Shown here one piece after another: positions 48,304 through 61,063 of a DNA stretch of 64,000 nucleotides (positions are counted from its first letter, which is position 1; every line of letters begins with the position of its first letter). The notes under the pieces are model-generated. The model did no database searches, was not told the origin of the DNA, and saw only the letters and a list, made by a program, of their open reading frames with translations. The DNA is from Patellaria atrata CBS 101060. Lineage: Eukaryota. Made by a program: the position numbers and the translations under genes. The DNA lies in assembly GCA_010093705.1 (NCBI GenBank), contig MU006099.1, positions 620,001 through 684,000 of the forward strand, read 5' to 3'.

Positions 48304-50593
48304 TTACTGACCCTCAACCTTAACATCCGGACCGGCCTTGATGACTTCCTCCGTCGCTTGATCCTCATACTTCTTGAAGTTCTCCACGAACAGCTGGCCG
48401 AGCTTGGTGACCTCTTCCTTGAAGTCTGCTGTACCCGTCCACGACTTGGAAGGGTTAAGGAGCTCATCTGGGACGCCTGGGCAAGTCTTGGGAACAGAGA
48501 GATTGAATGTCTCATAAGTCTCGTACTCGACCTTGGCGAGCTCACCGGAGTGAATGGCGTCAAGGATTGCACGCGTGTACTTGAGAGGGCAACGTTTGCC
48601 GCCAGTTGTGGCACCAGCACCGACCCAACCGGTGTTGAGGAGCCAGGCATTAGCATTGTGATGTGAAATCTTGTCTGCAAGCATGGTTGCGTAGCGCATG
48701 GGATGCAATGCAAGGAAGGGCTGCGCAAAGCAAGATGAAAATGTTGCTTGAGGTTCAGTAACTCCCTGTTCCGTTCCGGCCATCTTGGATGTGTAACCAG
48801 AGATGAAGTGGAACATAGTCTGGGCGCTGTTGAGCTTCGAGATCGGTGGTAGGACACCGCGGGCATCACAGGTTAAGAGAATGATGTTCGTTGGGTGACC
48901 AGAGCTGACACACGGGATCTTGGTATTATCAATATATTCAATGGGGTATGCACTGTATAGCTATTAGGATGTGACAAAACATATGGGTTCCTGTAGACTC
49001 ACCATCGGGTATTTTCAGTCAACGTCGAGTCATCGTAATCTACTTCACGAGTATCCGGGTTGAAGACAACGTTCTCCAAGACCGAGCCAAACCTAATCGC
49101 GTTGAAGATATCGGGTTCCTTCTCAGCGGAAAGACCAATGCACTTGGCATAGCAACCGCCTTCGATATTGAAAACTCCAGTGTCACTCCAGCAGTGTTCG
49201 TCGTCACCAATGAGCGCACGTTTAGGATCGGCCGAAAGGGTAGTCTTGCCCGTACCAGAGAGACCGAAGAAGACTGTAACGTCTCCATTCTTGCCCTCAT
49301 TTGCCGACGAGTGAAGGGTAAGCACTTGATGCTTCACCGGCATCTCGTAGAAAAGAACGGTGAAGATACCCTTCTTCATCTCACCGGCATATTCTGTCCC
49401 GAGGATGACCATCTCCTTCTCCTCGAAATTGATGGCAACCGAGGTAGATGAGGTCATACCGGTGGTGAATCTGTTCGCTGGGAAAGCACCAGCATTGTAG
49501 ATAACATAGTCGGGATGGAAATGTTCCAGCTCTTCTCTGTTAGGTCGGATGAGCATGTTGCGCATGAAGAGGGCATGGTAAGCTCTTGCACAGACGACGC
49601 GGACCCTGATCCTGTATCGCTCGTCCCATCCGGCAAAGCCATCGACGACGTAAATTCGGTTCCTGGTGTTTAGGTAGTCGATAGCACGTTCTCTGTTGAT
49701 ACGCCAGACCTGTGAGCAATTATTATCAGCATGATTGTTTATCCCGTCTATTGTCAGCACGTGATGTGGGGTTCTCGTGACTCCCCGCCCCGGTTCATGA
49801 GGTGGGCAAATTGCGGGGGAGTGCGCCACATGCGGAAGCCCACCGCGGAACCCATGGAGGGGACCGATTCGGTAACACAGGCTTGGATTACGTCTTGCCA
49901 ATCGTTGCCTCATCACATGCGATGAAAATTCAAAGAACGACGAATGGAGGCGGTTTAGGAAGTAAGAGATTTCAACACGTACATCTGGAGTCATCGCCTT
50001 GTTCACCGGTCCCCACCAAACGTCTTTCTTGGAGCCTTCCTCCTCTACAATACGTTTGTCGGAAGGTGAACGTCCCGTCTTCGCCCCAGAGTATGCGGAG
50101 AGTGCACCTGACGATGTTATGGCTGAGCCAGTCTCGTAGACGAGGGCGTCCTCGTACAAGGCGGCGACTGAGGGATTGGCGACCTAAAGCAGGGCGGTTA
50201 GATACGGCCAATTGAATGGGGAAGCTGTTCTTTGCATGACTTACAATAGCGACACGGTCATAGTCGATATGTGCCTTCTCATGGAGCTCTTCTTCGATTT
50301 CAGTGTGTTCCCTTTGCGGTCTGTAGTCGTATCCGTCAGCATGAATGCTCAATGGCATCTGGGACGTGCTCGCGTGAGCAACTGAAGACTCACTGTACAC
50401 CGCCTGGGTGAAGGGCGGTCTGGTTGACGCTGCTGGAAACCATGTTGGCCTGGCTCAAAGTTCGTACGAGAGAAGATGAATGGAAATTGCTCCTTTGCTG
50501 CTTTTGAACCTGTTGACGGGCAAAGTCTTCAGCTAAAGGTCCTGGAGAAGCGGGTCTGATATGCTGGGCAGCTGATGCTTTAATAGAAGCCAT
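48304..50593 (-). CDS. PCK1: Phosphoenolpyruvate carboxykinase (ATP)
   Basis: [49 protein letters not shown] and EGGCYAK. Four introns. Alternative in-frame ATG at about 50443. Confidence 0.97.
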
Positions 50594-52745
50594 TCTAACA
50601 CGATTCGGAAAACGTCCGAATAGCCGCAGGGTGACTCGGTCGTGTAAGGTCCCAGTTAAAAACTGACTTGGATCTGGAATTGCTTGCTAGGGATGTTGAT
50701 GATTGGCGGAGAGGGTGTTTGGAAGACTAAGCCGAGGATGCAGGTGCAGTAACAAGCCTGAGTAAATTCCTAAAATTCCCGAATACAAGCTTACAGCTGC
50801 CTGATTTACGAGACGAATCGGAATGGAACAAAAAGCTATGAACACTGAAGTGGACGTGGGCTCTGTAAGTGAGATTTAGATTGATTGTGCAGGTTGTAGA
50901 TGTGGTGTGGAAGAGAGTTGGGTGTGTTGTGGGATGTTTGGTGTTATAGAAATTGGAATGCGGGTAAGAGGAGGTTATGCTGGCAGTGCGTCATTGCCAG
51001 CTTATCCCATTACCCTATAGTTTGGCGAAAATCAGACAACAAGGAGCAATAATAAGATGCGCCTGACCGAGAGGCGGTAGAAAGGACCACGATGGTGCTG
51101 AATTGGCTAGAACCAGCACCGTTCACACTCCTTCCCCCCCTCCCTTCCCGGGCATTTTCCCTTAGTTGTAGATAGAAACTATTCGATTCGATCCAAGGCA
51201 TCGCTAGGGATGGTGCCCGTACTCGTTGTCGTTTGATAGGTGACGACAAGTCTTGTCTATCGTGAGGGCGAGTCCATGTTCACGGTTTAGACCAAATGCC
51301 TCATCCTTCCGAAAGGTTCCCTTCCGTCCGACAAACTACGAAAAGAGATGAACTGGGATATTGATATCTGAAGTGTAGGAAAGGTGTCAAGGCGATGCAT
51401 ATTAGGAACTTACCTTACCTTACGCCGGGGTCTTCCAGACGCTAAGAAGTAAATTATCGAAGAACGAGGACGAATCCGGGTTATCGATTGCCTGAGTTAT
51501 CCCCTAATACCATTCCACGAGGTTTGATATTGCTGCGATATCCCCCACGGTTGAGAGATAAAATGGCTCTTTTTCGAGCTTTCGGCTTCGGCTCGACGTC
51601 TTCTTGTTTCACCATCCTCATCACAACCTTTTCCGATGCAGTAAGCCGTATCCACAGGTCCGAGTGTTGGGAAGTCCGTGAGGTTCAGCTCACCGAGCCC
51701 AGGACAGCCGTGATAGGGATAGCTTGTAAAGCCATTACTGTATCTTTCGAACATGATGGGGACCCCCGCTTCGACTCCTCCCGTGATGCGTTCTGACGAT
51801 AGAAAAGTGACAGAATCTGTTAAAAGATCCTTCCGTCGACGTCGTCCAAGGCTTCGTGATAAAGCACAAGCCTGATGTTCACACAGGGATTGGACCGAAG
51901 AGGAACTGGCCAAGTGCGATACCTTCTGCGTTAAGGACTAAGATATCGTATAATTGATCCAATGAGGAGGTGCAATTCAATACGCCTTCCCTTACTCAGA
52001 AGGATAGACGGGGGAACATCACGCCCGCGAGAAACTCGGTCCTTAGGAAGCACGCGTTCGAGGAATTAACCCCTCCTCGAGTTTTCATCATAGCTGATCA
52101 TCCAGTATCCAAAATGCATACTGCACGGAACTCTGCTGGGTTGGGAAAAAGCGAGCGAATGGGGACACACTACAGCTTTTTCTAGAAATGTTGATTTGCT
52201 TTTTGGTTTGATTTTCTATTTCAACATCTACCTAGTGCTAAGGATGGATCAAAAATCAATACTGACACCACGCATATGGTAACCTCGGTAACCATCAGAA
52301 ACCATCTATACTGACGTGACTGACGCGTTCGACTCTGCCGACAGTGGAAACAACTGGAACAATGAGCTCTGTTTGTCTGAGTGTCAGTGTACATCGCAGC
52401 TAGTTCACTGCAAAGATCTGTGACAGCAATTGTATGCACATGAAAGCTGAGGCGTTGTAACTTTGAAACAAGCACACAGAATCCCATGTGTATATCAATA
52501 GTGCAGAGCGACTGAGCTCTGTGCTTCTCACTACTAATTTCTGCGGCTACCACCCAAAAAATTTCTTCATGGAGAAGACTCTTTATCGCAGTTCAACCCA
52601 CAGGATGCGTATCCGTACAGGGAGTGTAAAACCACGCAGTATATCTCTAAAGAGACAGTAGGACACCCGGTGCCACCCGAACAAGTGCGGATGTGTAGCA
52701 TCAATTAAACGCGGAACACTGACAGGGGATATAATGTCGCGCAGA

Positions 52746-52815
52746 GGGGGGGTAGGGGGTAGGGGGTAGGGGTTACGACAGGGAACGGAGGGGGGGAGGG
52801 GGAAGGGGGGAAGGG
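52746..52815 (+). repeat. G-tract cluster (putative G-quadruplex)
   Basis: G7-TA-G5-TA-G5-TA-G4, followed by G7-A-G5-AA-G6-AA-G3. Confidence 0.8.
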
Positions 52816-53138
52816 CTCGTAAATTGAACTTTCCATGTCCCTCGAAATTGGACGAACCCGCCAATAGATCCTCCAGCTACAACACCATTGACATCCAAGA
52901 CCATATTTAATCCTATGAAGATTTGCATCTCATGGATCTGCTTTTAGAAGGTAAGACACCTTACTCTTCTTCTTTTTGACACTTACATATGTTGTGACTG
53001 CTTCCTAAAAGATCCTCTAACATTCGATATTCACCGACAATCAGTATCTCATTAAGCTCTGATATCTTCAAACTTACTATACAGAAGGAATATACAATAT
53101 CCTGCCAAGATGAACTCCGGCTTAATCATATCGGTCCT

Positions 53139-56100
53139 TCAAACCTTCTCACTATCCCGCATCCTTTCTTTGCGCGCTTTTTCATTCTTCCTCGCCGTGG
53201 GACTGAACATGTCCTTGATCCGCCTACCACCCTGCAAGTAAAGCCAACTGCAAAAGAAGACTATAGCGAAATTAAATATAATGAAGCCGCAAAAGATGCC
53301 GAAATCCCTCCACACGTTCTTATATTGGACTGAGAAGCTCATACCAAATGCATCACCTGTAGCATACTGGCAAAAGCCGCAGTCCCCGTTAGGTTGTGTT
53401 TCAATGTAGCCCCCTGACTGTTGAGCGAATTGTCCAGCGTAACTTTGACAGGACTCATTAGGAGGTGGGGAGAATATTGCAAGTTCTTGCATATCGCAAC
53501 GAATAGGCTGGTTGTGAATTAAGAGACCGAGCATACCTTCGAGAAGGTAGGTGAAAGGCGACAGGCGGTACATCCATGACTACGAGACGGATTAGTATCC
53601 ATCTTGCGGTGGCAGTCTATTGCGGAAAACTTACTCTCCAGAAGTATGGGAGTTGCATTGCTGGAACAACGACACCACAGAATGAGACCACGAATAGGAA
53701 GAAGATTGGCACTAAAAGGGAGGCAAGTAACTCATTAGGGGAGAAAGCCGCAATTGCTTGCCCGAAACCAAGATAATAGAGTTCGAAAACCATTACGAAA
53801 CCCCAAATGGAGACTGAGGTATAGGTATCCCTTGGGAAGAATGTGGGCCTGTTTATCGTTAGTCTGCGGACTTGATGTGGGGGTCTGCTAAGTTACATAC
53901 CAATACCAACCGCACCAATACAGCGTTCCAGCAATGATTCTGTAAGGTATTTCTACAACAACCGCAGCAGTTGTAAATGCTAACCAGCTGTAGATTTTAG
54001 AGTTGCTTTCACGAGACTGGAAAATATTACGGGCTTCGAGAAATCGCGGTTGCAATTGCTGGATGAGAGGCGGCGAGATGGTCAATGTCATGAATACAGA
54101 AAACAATCTGGACTGCATGTCGATGGAACTTTGTCCCAGCTTCCAAAAGGTGAAAGAGTTGAAGACAGAAGTGAAGATGTGTAATAGCATCATGCCGGCA
54201 ACTTTTAAGAGTCAGTAACAAGCCATCATCTTTTATCGAGCTACATACCATATTGAGGGCTTCTCCACATCCCAACGAATCCTCGGTGGACAACAGTCGT
54301 AATTTGAGTGGACAATGGCATGGCATATTCTCGATCGTCTTGAGTCTTGTTTCCAGTATCTGCCTTTTGGCGTGACGAGATAATGTCCTGTACTTCCTTA
54401 CTGACCTTCTCGTTCTCGGGCGACTTCGCCCATATGTCACCCCAATCTGAACCTTTATAGTTGGGATCACCTGCACCTATCGCTTCAAGCATATATTCTG
54501 CGGGATTTGTATTCTTTGGACATTTCTTCGCGCCGTTTCGTTCGAGATACTCGATCAGTGTACGTGAATCATGACCTAATTCGCCAAAGTACACAGTTTG
54601 TCCACCATATTTGAGGAGCAGTAACTGATCAAAGTGTTCAAATAAGACGGATGATGGCTGATGAATTGTGCACAGGATAGCCTGGCCAGCGTCGGCAAGT
54701 TTCCTGAGGAAACGAATGATATTGAAAGCTGCGCCACTATCCAATCCGGATGTTGGCTCGTCCAAGAACATTAAGAGCTCAGGTTTGCTAGCAAGTTCGA
54801 CACCTATCGTGACACGTTTCCGCTGTTCCTGATTCAGACCTGCACCTGGTTTACCAATTGCTGCTCCTGCGATTGACCTCATTTCCAGCAAATCAATGAT
54901 CTGTTCAACGTATGCATATTTCTCCTCGATAGGAACCTCTCTTGGTTGCCGCAGTTTCGCTGAGAAACGGAGAGCCTCTCTCACTGTTTGGGTTGAATCA
55001 TGTATATCTTGCTGTTCCGCGAAGCCTGTAGCGCGTTGGAATGACTTGGGTAATGGTCTACCGTCGACTAAGAAATCTCCAGACACGACACCAAAGCGAA
55101 CACGCTGAGCAAGAGTATTAAGCAGGGTGGTTTTTCCAGCCCCTGAAGCGCCCATCAAAGCGGTTAGCTTCCCTGGTTTGACGTAGCCTTGAACGTTCTG
55201 GAGTAGTTTTCTTTCTCCACCTTGGTATGGAATGGTATAATTGACGTTTTGCCATGTGAAGATGGTTTCATTCTTCGCCACGTTTGCTTGAGCTTTGTCC
55301 TCGTCCGAGGAGCCCTCTTTTTGAACACGCCCCGCACCAGCAGCGTGTGTCTCTCCTGTTTCCTCATCCTGCGGTTGGGTACCCATACTTATAGCGTTTT
55401 CGACCTCACTGGGTACTTGACCACGTTTGTAAATCGTTACTGCTCCACCACCTTTGTTGGGCTTTTGGATCTCCATTCCCAGTGCGGTTAAAAACACGAA
55501 AAATCCGAAGAAGGCGCAAATGAAGCCAAAATTACGCCATAGATGGCTTCTTGAGTAACCAAAGGCTACTTGAATATAATCCGCTCCGCTGACTGTTAAG
55601 GACCCAGGAGTACTGCCTTGAAGCGCGCAAGATTGATATTGACTCTGAGCGCTGGGAATTTGGGGAACGATATAGGGTGGTGCGCACTGGATATCCAGAT
55701 TATAGAATTCGTTTGCCATGAGACCTTCGAACCCATATTGGACTGGGTTGACCCAACGAAGCCAAGAAAACCAGGGATGCATCTTTCGAGGAGGGATAAG
55801 ATAGCCAGTATACACGACGAGGATTTGGATCGCGACGCCTGTAAGTCTTGTGGCAACATCAAGCGAGCCGACTAGGGCTCCTATCGCACGGAAGAAGGCG
55901 TACATCGTCATTGTCAAAATGAAGAGGTAAAGAAAAGATATGAAGAACTGAGATGCGGTGCGTTGTAGATTAGACATGAAGTAGACAACGATGTCGAAGA
56001 TCGCAACCTGTACAGCAACTAAGGGGATATCAACTACGGTCTGAGCAATTGAGTAAGCAGCTGGTCGATAGAACGCAAAACTCTTGTGCTTGAGCAAGAT

Positions 56101-58301
56101 AGGTCGTGATTCGAAAGCTGCCGTCAGTTCTGCTAAAGCAAGTAGGGCATTGAAAAGGAGCATAAAGAACAAAACACCACCGCGAGGGAAAACGCCCGCA
56201 GCAGTCTTGGGCTGGTCATAGAACAGACTGCCGACGATCAAGGCTGAAAGTGTCAGTACAAGTAATTTCACATTCAATGGTGCTGATTCCTACCTTGGAA
56301 CAGGATGCCCCCCCATTTTCCTCCCAAACTCTGTCTATCACCTATCATGACAAGAAATTGGCGCTTTGTACAGGCCATAACCTGCTGGTAAAACGAGATT
56401 GTGTAGTTCTTCTTCTTGGTGGCCTTTGTTTGAGCAGCACGCCGTTCCTCAGCCATCCTTTCTGTCTCATGTTCAAATTCTTCAATCTCTGCTAAATTAT
56501 CTTTATATCGTTCGCTCTTACGGAAAGCTTCGCCGAACTGTGCTGCAGAGCGGGGGATTCGATCATCCCAACCCTCTTTAATATTTCTCTCATGCTCGTC
56601 CGTAACACTGGTTAGAAAATCAGCCGTTGTCCATCGATCGGGTTGGACAAACCCAAGGTCCTTAAAATATTCCGCTGCTCGATCCGCCGGGCCAAAATAG
56701 CAACAACGGCCTTCGTCTATTAAGAGAACCTTGTCAAACAAGTCATAAAGTGATTCACCCGCTTGATAGAGGGCAACAGAAGTGCTTATATTGGTCATAT
56801 TGGTCAATGACCTCAGACTCTGCACATACTCTAGCGCAGTGCTTGCGTCCAGACCACGAGTGCTGTTGTCTAAAGTACGAAAGTTAGCTACTTCTCTAGC
56901 TCATAGTTTGATGCACATACCCCAGCACTGAACACTGGCTTTGGTAATCATCGCTTCGGCGATGCTAACACGCTTCTTTTCACCACCACTCACACCTCTG
57001 ATGAATTCGTTCCCGACTTTGGTATCCATAGTATGTTCGATCCAAAATAGTTTGGAAACAACGCGAAGGAATTCGGTAACGTAATCAGAGCGACTTTCGC
57101 CCTCTTTCCGAGACTCTTTTCCTGGTGTTCTTGTCTTGAGAGCGAATTTGAGGGTGTTCTTGACTTTGAGTGTTGCATAATGGAGGTCATCTTCCGGGTT
57201 GTAGAGAACTTCGGAACGATATTTCTTAGCCATTGTTGCAGCATCTGTACCACCGTATGCTACTTCCCCTTCTATACTCTCATAGCCAAATCTCTGGTTT
57301 CCGAGCACTTTAAGAAAAGTGGAGCAACCAGAACCTGGTCGACCTAGGACAAGGAGCATCTCGCCAGGCTTGATAACGCCTGAGAAGTCATCGATGATCG
57401 TCCTTACTGGCGGTTTACCAGCCACTCGTCGCGGACCTTTACTGAACAGACTCTTAAGAACTCGAGGAATAGTTAGAAATATATCGCCATTGGTGGGCTG
57501 AAGTGCCGCGCCCAGGCCCATGCCCTTGACCGTGAGGTTCTTGAAAATAACCCCCACATGTCTGGTCTTTTCTTCCTCGCTGTTCTCTTGCCTAGTGCGT
57601 CCGAACATTCCAGCCATCAGTTTGCCTATTTCTTCCTGTTCTTGATCATGTTCTGGATCTACAGTTGAAGCTGTACTGCTCCGTCGCGTTTCTGAGCCTT
57701 TGGAGCGCCTACGTGATAGTACTCTAAAAAGATCATCTTCGTTCATTTCTCGTTTAGAATTTGACTTTTCTAGGGGAGAACGTGGAGTGGACCCGCTTTT
57801 TGTCGTTTTGATCGGCGCATATCCTTCGCGTCTAGGTTCATGACCGTCCGAGATAGAAGATGCAATGGACTCAACATCTTGTTTGTCGTCTAGTCCACCA
57901 TTTATCAGCGGATCCTCCTTTCTTGACGATGCACCCTCAGGCGTAGGTATTGCTGTACTGGCGTCGGACCCCGAATGTGGTGGTATAGGCGAGGCAGGTG
58001 ACGGTGGTCCAGAAAGGGTTGTGGTTCCGGCGGCTGCAGTAGTCGCAGCTGTGTATGTATTGTCCATAGTAGTTTGGTTATCGGATGGGAGGCCTCTATC
58101 TGACCTTGCGGCGTCAAGTTGAGGATTCCAGTAAGCCATGGTTTGGGGTGAGACCGTGTGGGGTTCGGAATCCATTCCGAGATGCGAAAGTCGTCTCGAC
58201 GAGCCAACATATGGTTGCTCTTGTAGAGTTAATGCTGGGGTTTCGGGCCAACCTCCAGGCCCTGCTTCAACATCAGGCGTTGGATCATTAGTCTTCGACA
58301 T
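53139..58301 (-). CDS. Full-size ABCG/PDR multidrug transporter (AtrF/Snq2-like)
   Basis: NBD1 GRPGSGCST and VSGGEKKRVSIAE; NBD2 GASGAGKTT, LNQEQRKRVTIGVEL and FLDEPTSGLD; (NBD-TMD)2 topology. First ATG at 58301; several introns. Confidence 0.95.
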
Positions 58302-58939
58302 AGTAGCTGTAGTGTGGCCAGGTGTTGGTTTATGGGTCAAGTTGCGCGACTCAATGACGGGATCCGGTTCTAGTTGTTACACAGAATCGGACGGGGTACG
58401 AAGCAGTGAGGGACAGGAAACAAACGACAGAATCTATCATGAGTTTAAAAGAGAAGATGGGAGAGCATGAAAGGAGTCTATGGAAACCAGCAAAGAGGTG
58501 ACTACTTAGAATTGAGTTCAAGAATTGAAACGGTGCCCGTGGAGCGCACAGAGTGGATATATCAAACGAGCGTAGGAAGGATATTCCTCCGTCTATGCTT
58601 AGATTTGTTTACGTTCTTGAATTGTTACGAGCAAGAAAGCAAGTCAGCCGAACACAGAAAGAACAGCCAACCAGGTGCCCATTATAAAGAAGCACAAAAG
58701 GGTAAAATTGTGACTTCACCGGGTATTGAAACCGTCTCTTTAAATCTTTTACGATTGTAATCTACAACGAATTCGGAATGTAGTCCAAACAAAAAGTCCA
58801 TGATGTCAATGTGAGGAATAGTGTCGGTATAGGCGATAGCCGAGATGCCGTGCTTGGCGATTCCCACTAGCACTTCGTAGAAGGGTTCACCACTCCGTGC
58901 ACGGAACCACTTAATGCACGGTTTTCTTAGAATCTTCTT

Positions 58940-59066
58940 TCCTAAATAACTCCCTTAATAAAGATATAAATTTAAAATTTTACCTATAAATTCTTATTAT
59001 ATAAAATTTTGAAAATATCTCATAATATCTAAATATATTTTAATTATAAGTTTTTTAAAATATTAA
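58940..59066. other. Short, extremely AT-rich island (possible RIP-degraded insertion)
   Basis: About 125 bp made almost entirely of A/T and rich in TpA, with abrupt borders against GC-balanced flanks. Confidence 0.55.
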
Positions 59067-59567
59067 TGTTACGGCGACAAGGAGACAGTGCCAGCAGCAA
59101 GCGGAGTGAGGGAAACCATACCGCGTCGGAGAAACCACACCGGAAAGTCACGTGCTAACAGAGCTGTGTGCGCGTCACGACACATCCTTTGCGGTAAAGG
59201 CCTTGCATCAAACTCTACAGCAACAGATAAAGCAATTTTAGGTCCCTTGTCACCGATCGATTCGATTTAAAGAAAACCTGTCTTATGCGCTATTACTCAG
59301 TCTAGTAGTAGTGGGCCCACCGAGATGGAACTGAATCAACTGAATCGTCCACAGCGTCCATCCGTAGCCATTAAAGGCACGGGATATTTCGGACCGGACC
59401 GGACCGGCAAGTCTAACTTTTACCGAACTACATAGGACATCGGTGGGGTGAAAAGATCAGAGTAAAGGATACGTCAATAGTAGATGTTCTCCAGCAAGAA
59501 CACTCCATCACCCTGTTTACACTACAAACCCAAATGCTATCATTTCGGAAGGTCCCCAACTTGTACC

Positions 59568-60722
59568 TCATTCCAACACAGTCAACTCGCCAATCTCGTC
59601 TTTAAGTAGGTCGGGAAGAATAACACCCGCATCTCCCTGGAAATACCAGTCTCCTTCCCTCATTCCTTGCGTTGTCTTTTCTGTACGTTCCATATTGACA
59701 ACGGCTACTCTAGCACCTTTTACTCTGGCTCGATCTGTATATCCTGCTGCAGGATAGACTGTGGACGAAGTCCCGATCACGATGATTAGGTCAATCTTTT
59801 TTGAAGCGATGATCCAATCCTCTGCGGTAGATAATGTTTTCTCAGGTAGTCTTTCACCGAACCAAACTACTCCCGGGCGAAGTAACCCTTTTTTGCATTT
59901 TGGGCAATGCGGCAAATCATCAAGCCGCAGTTCTGGAAGCAGAACTTTTGCATCTGAGATGTCTAGTTCTTTCGCTTTCCTAGCTTCAGTCGTTGTCGGG
60001 TCGGATTCATCCAACGGAAGAGCAAGCGCTGGAACTATGGGATCCGTAAAATTATTCCCTTCGGCGTAGTCGCAGAAGAACTCAGAACATTTGACATCAA
60101 ATAGGGATCCATGAAGGGGAAATAGCTGTTCCGCCGGGTGACCAGCTCTTGGTGACAAACCTAGTACAACAATGGTCAATGACGACTAAGGTATACACAG
60201 ACAATGATAGTGCGAAGGGAGCATCTCATAGAAGATTTTGCCTACCGTCGACATTTTGTGTCAAGGTAATAAAGTCCTTCCTCTTCTTCGCGAGCTCGGC
60301 CAGGGCATAATGCGCTGGGTTAGGTTTGACATTCAAAGCCATGTGTCTACGGTAATTGTAAAACTGCCAAACTAGACTGGGATTGATCCTGAAAGCTTCT
60401 GGAGTTGCTAGGCTTATAGCATCATGAGTACGCCATAAACCTCCCGCACCTCTGAATGTTGGAAGACCAGAAGCGGCAGAAAGCCCAGCACCACACAAAG
60501 CCATGACGCGCTTGGAGGACTTCAGATAGTCGCGGAAGGACTGAACTTCTGCGCGATAGTCCATGAGCTCAGGATCATGGACCTCTGTCGTCATCTTTGC
60601 TGAGGTTGTGTATCGAGCAAGTTGTCTTAGAGACACTCTCGTTGAAACCTATGGAAGAAAGAGTTAAATGAGAAAGTTTGGAGATCAACTAATGTAGAAG
60701 TGTCGAGTTCTACCTGGTTCAT
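59568..60722 (-). CDS. Class III sirtuin (SIRT5/CobB-like NAD-dependent deacylase)
   Basis: [23 protein letters not shown] (Tyr/Arg acyl pocket), TQNVDG|LS, HGS, CSEFFC...[13 protein letters not shown] and [10 protein letters not shown]. The secure ATG is at 60594; a possible upstream microexon ATG is at 60722. Confidence 0.92.
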
Positions 60723-61063
60723 ATCAAAACAAACAAAAGGAGCAGACGTCTGCCTTCATAGTCGCCTAAATGAAACTGTGTGGCATAGAAAGCTTCCCCT
60801 GCGCTTTCCTTTCCAAAACCGGCTCAGTTTCCCCGAATGAAGAGAAGGGACTTAAGGAGAGGAAAGGGAATCATCAAATGCATCCACGCCCAATCAATAC
60901 CATACAACCTTACAGAATTACTACGTGGTTACAATAATCAGATAGGTGAGGGGTATGCACGTAAACAGTCTTGGCGAGCGGAGCGGAAACGTTACCGCTC
61001 CTAAAGCTCATCTCATCTGAGGTGGAGTTTCTTCTTACCATCTCATCTTCACTCGAGTCAAGA

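Noticed and set aside
52667..52679. CCG-N7-CCG (AcuK/AcuM-type site) upstream of PCK1
   Set aside because: A single 6-bp-information match about 2 kb from the ATG is roughly what chance predicts.
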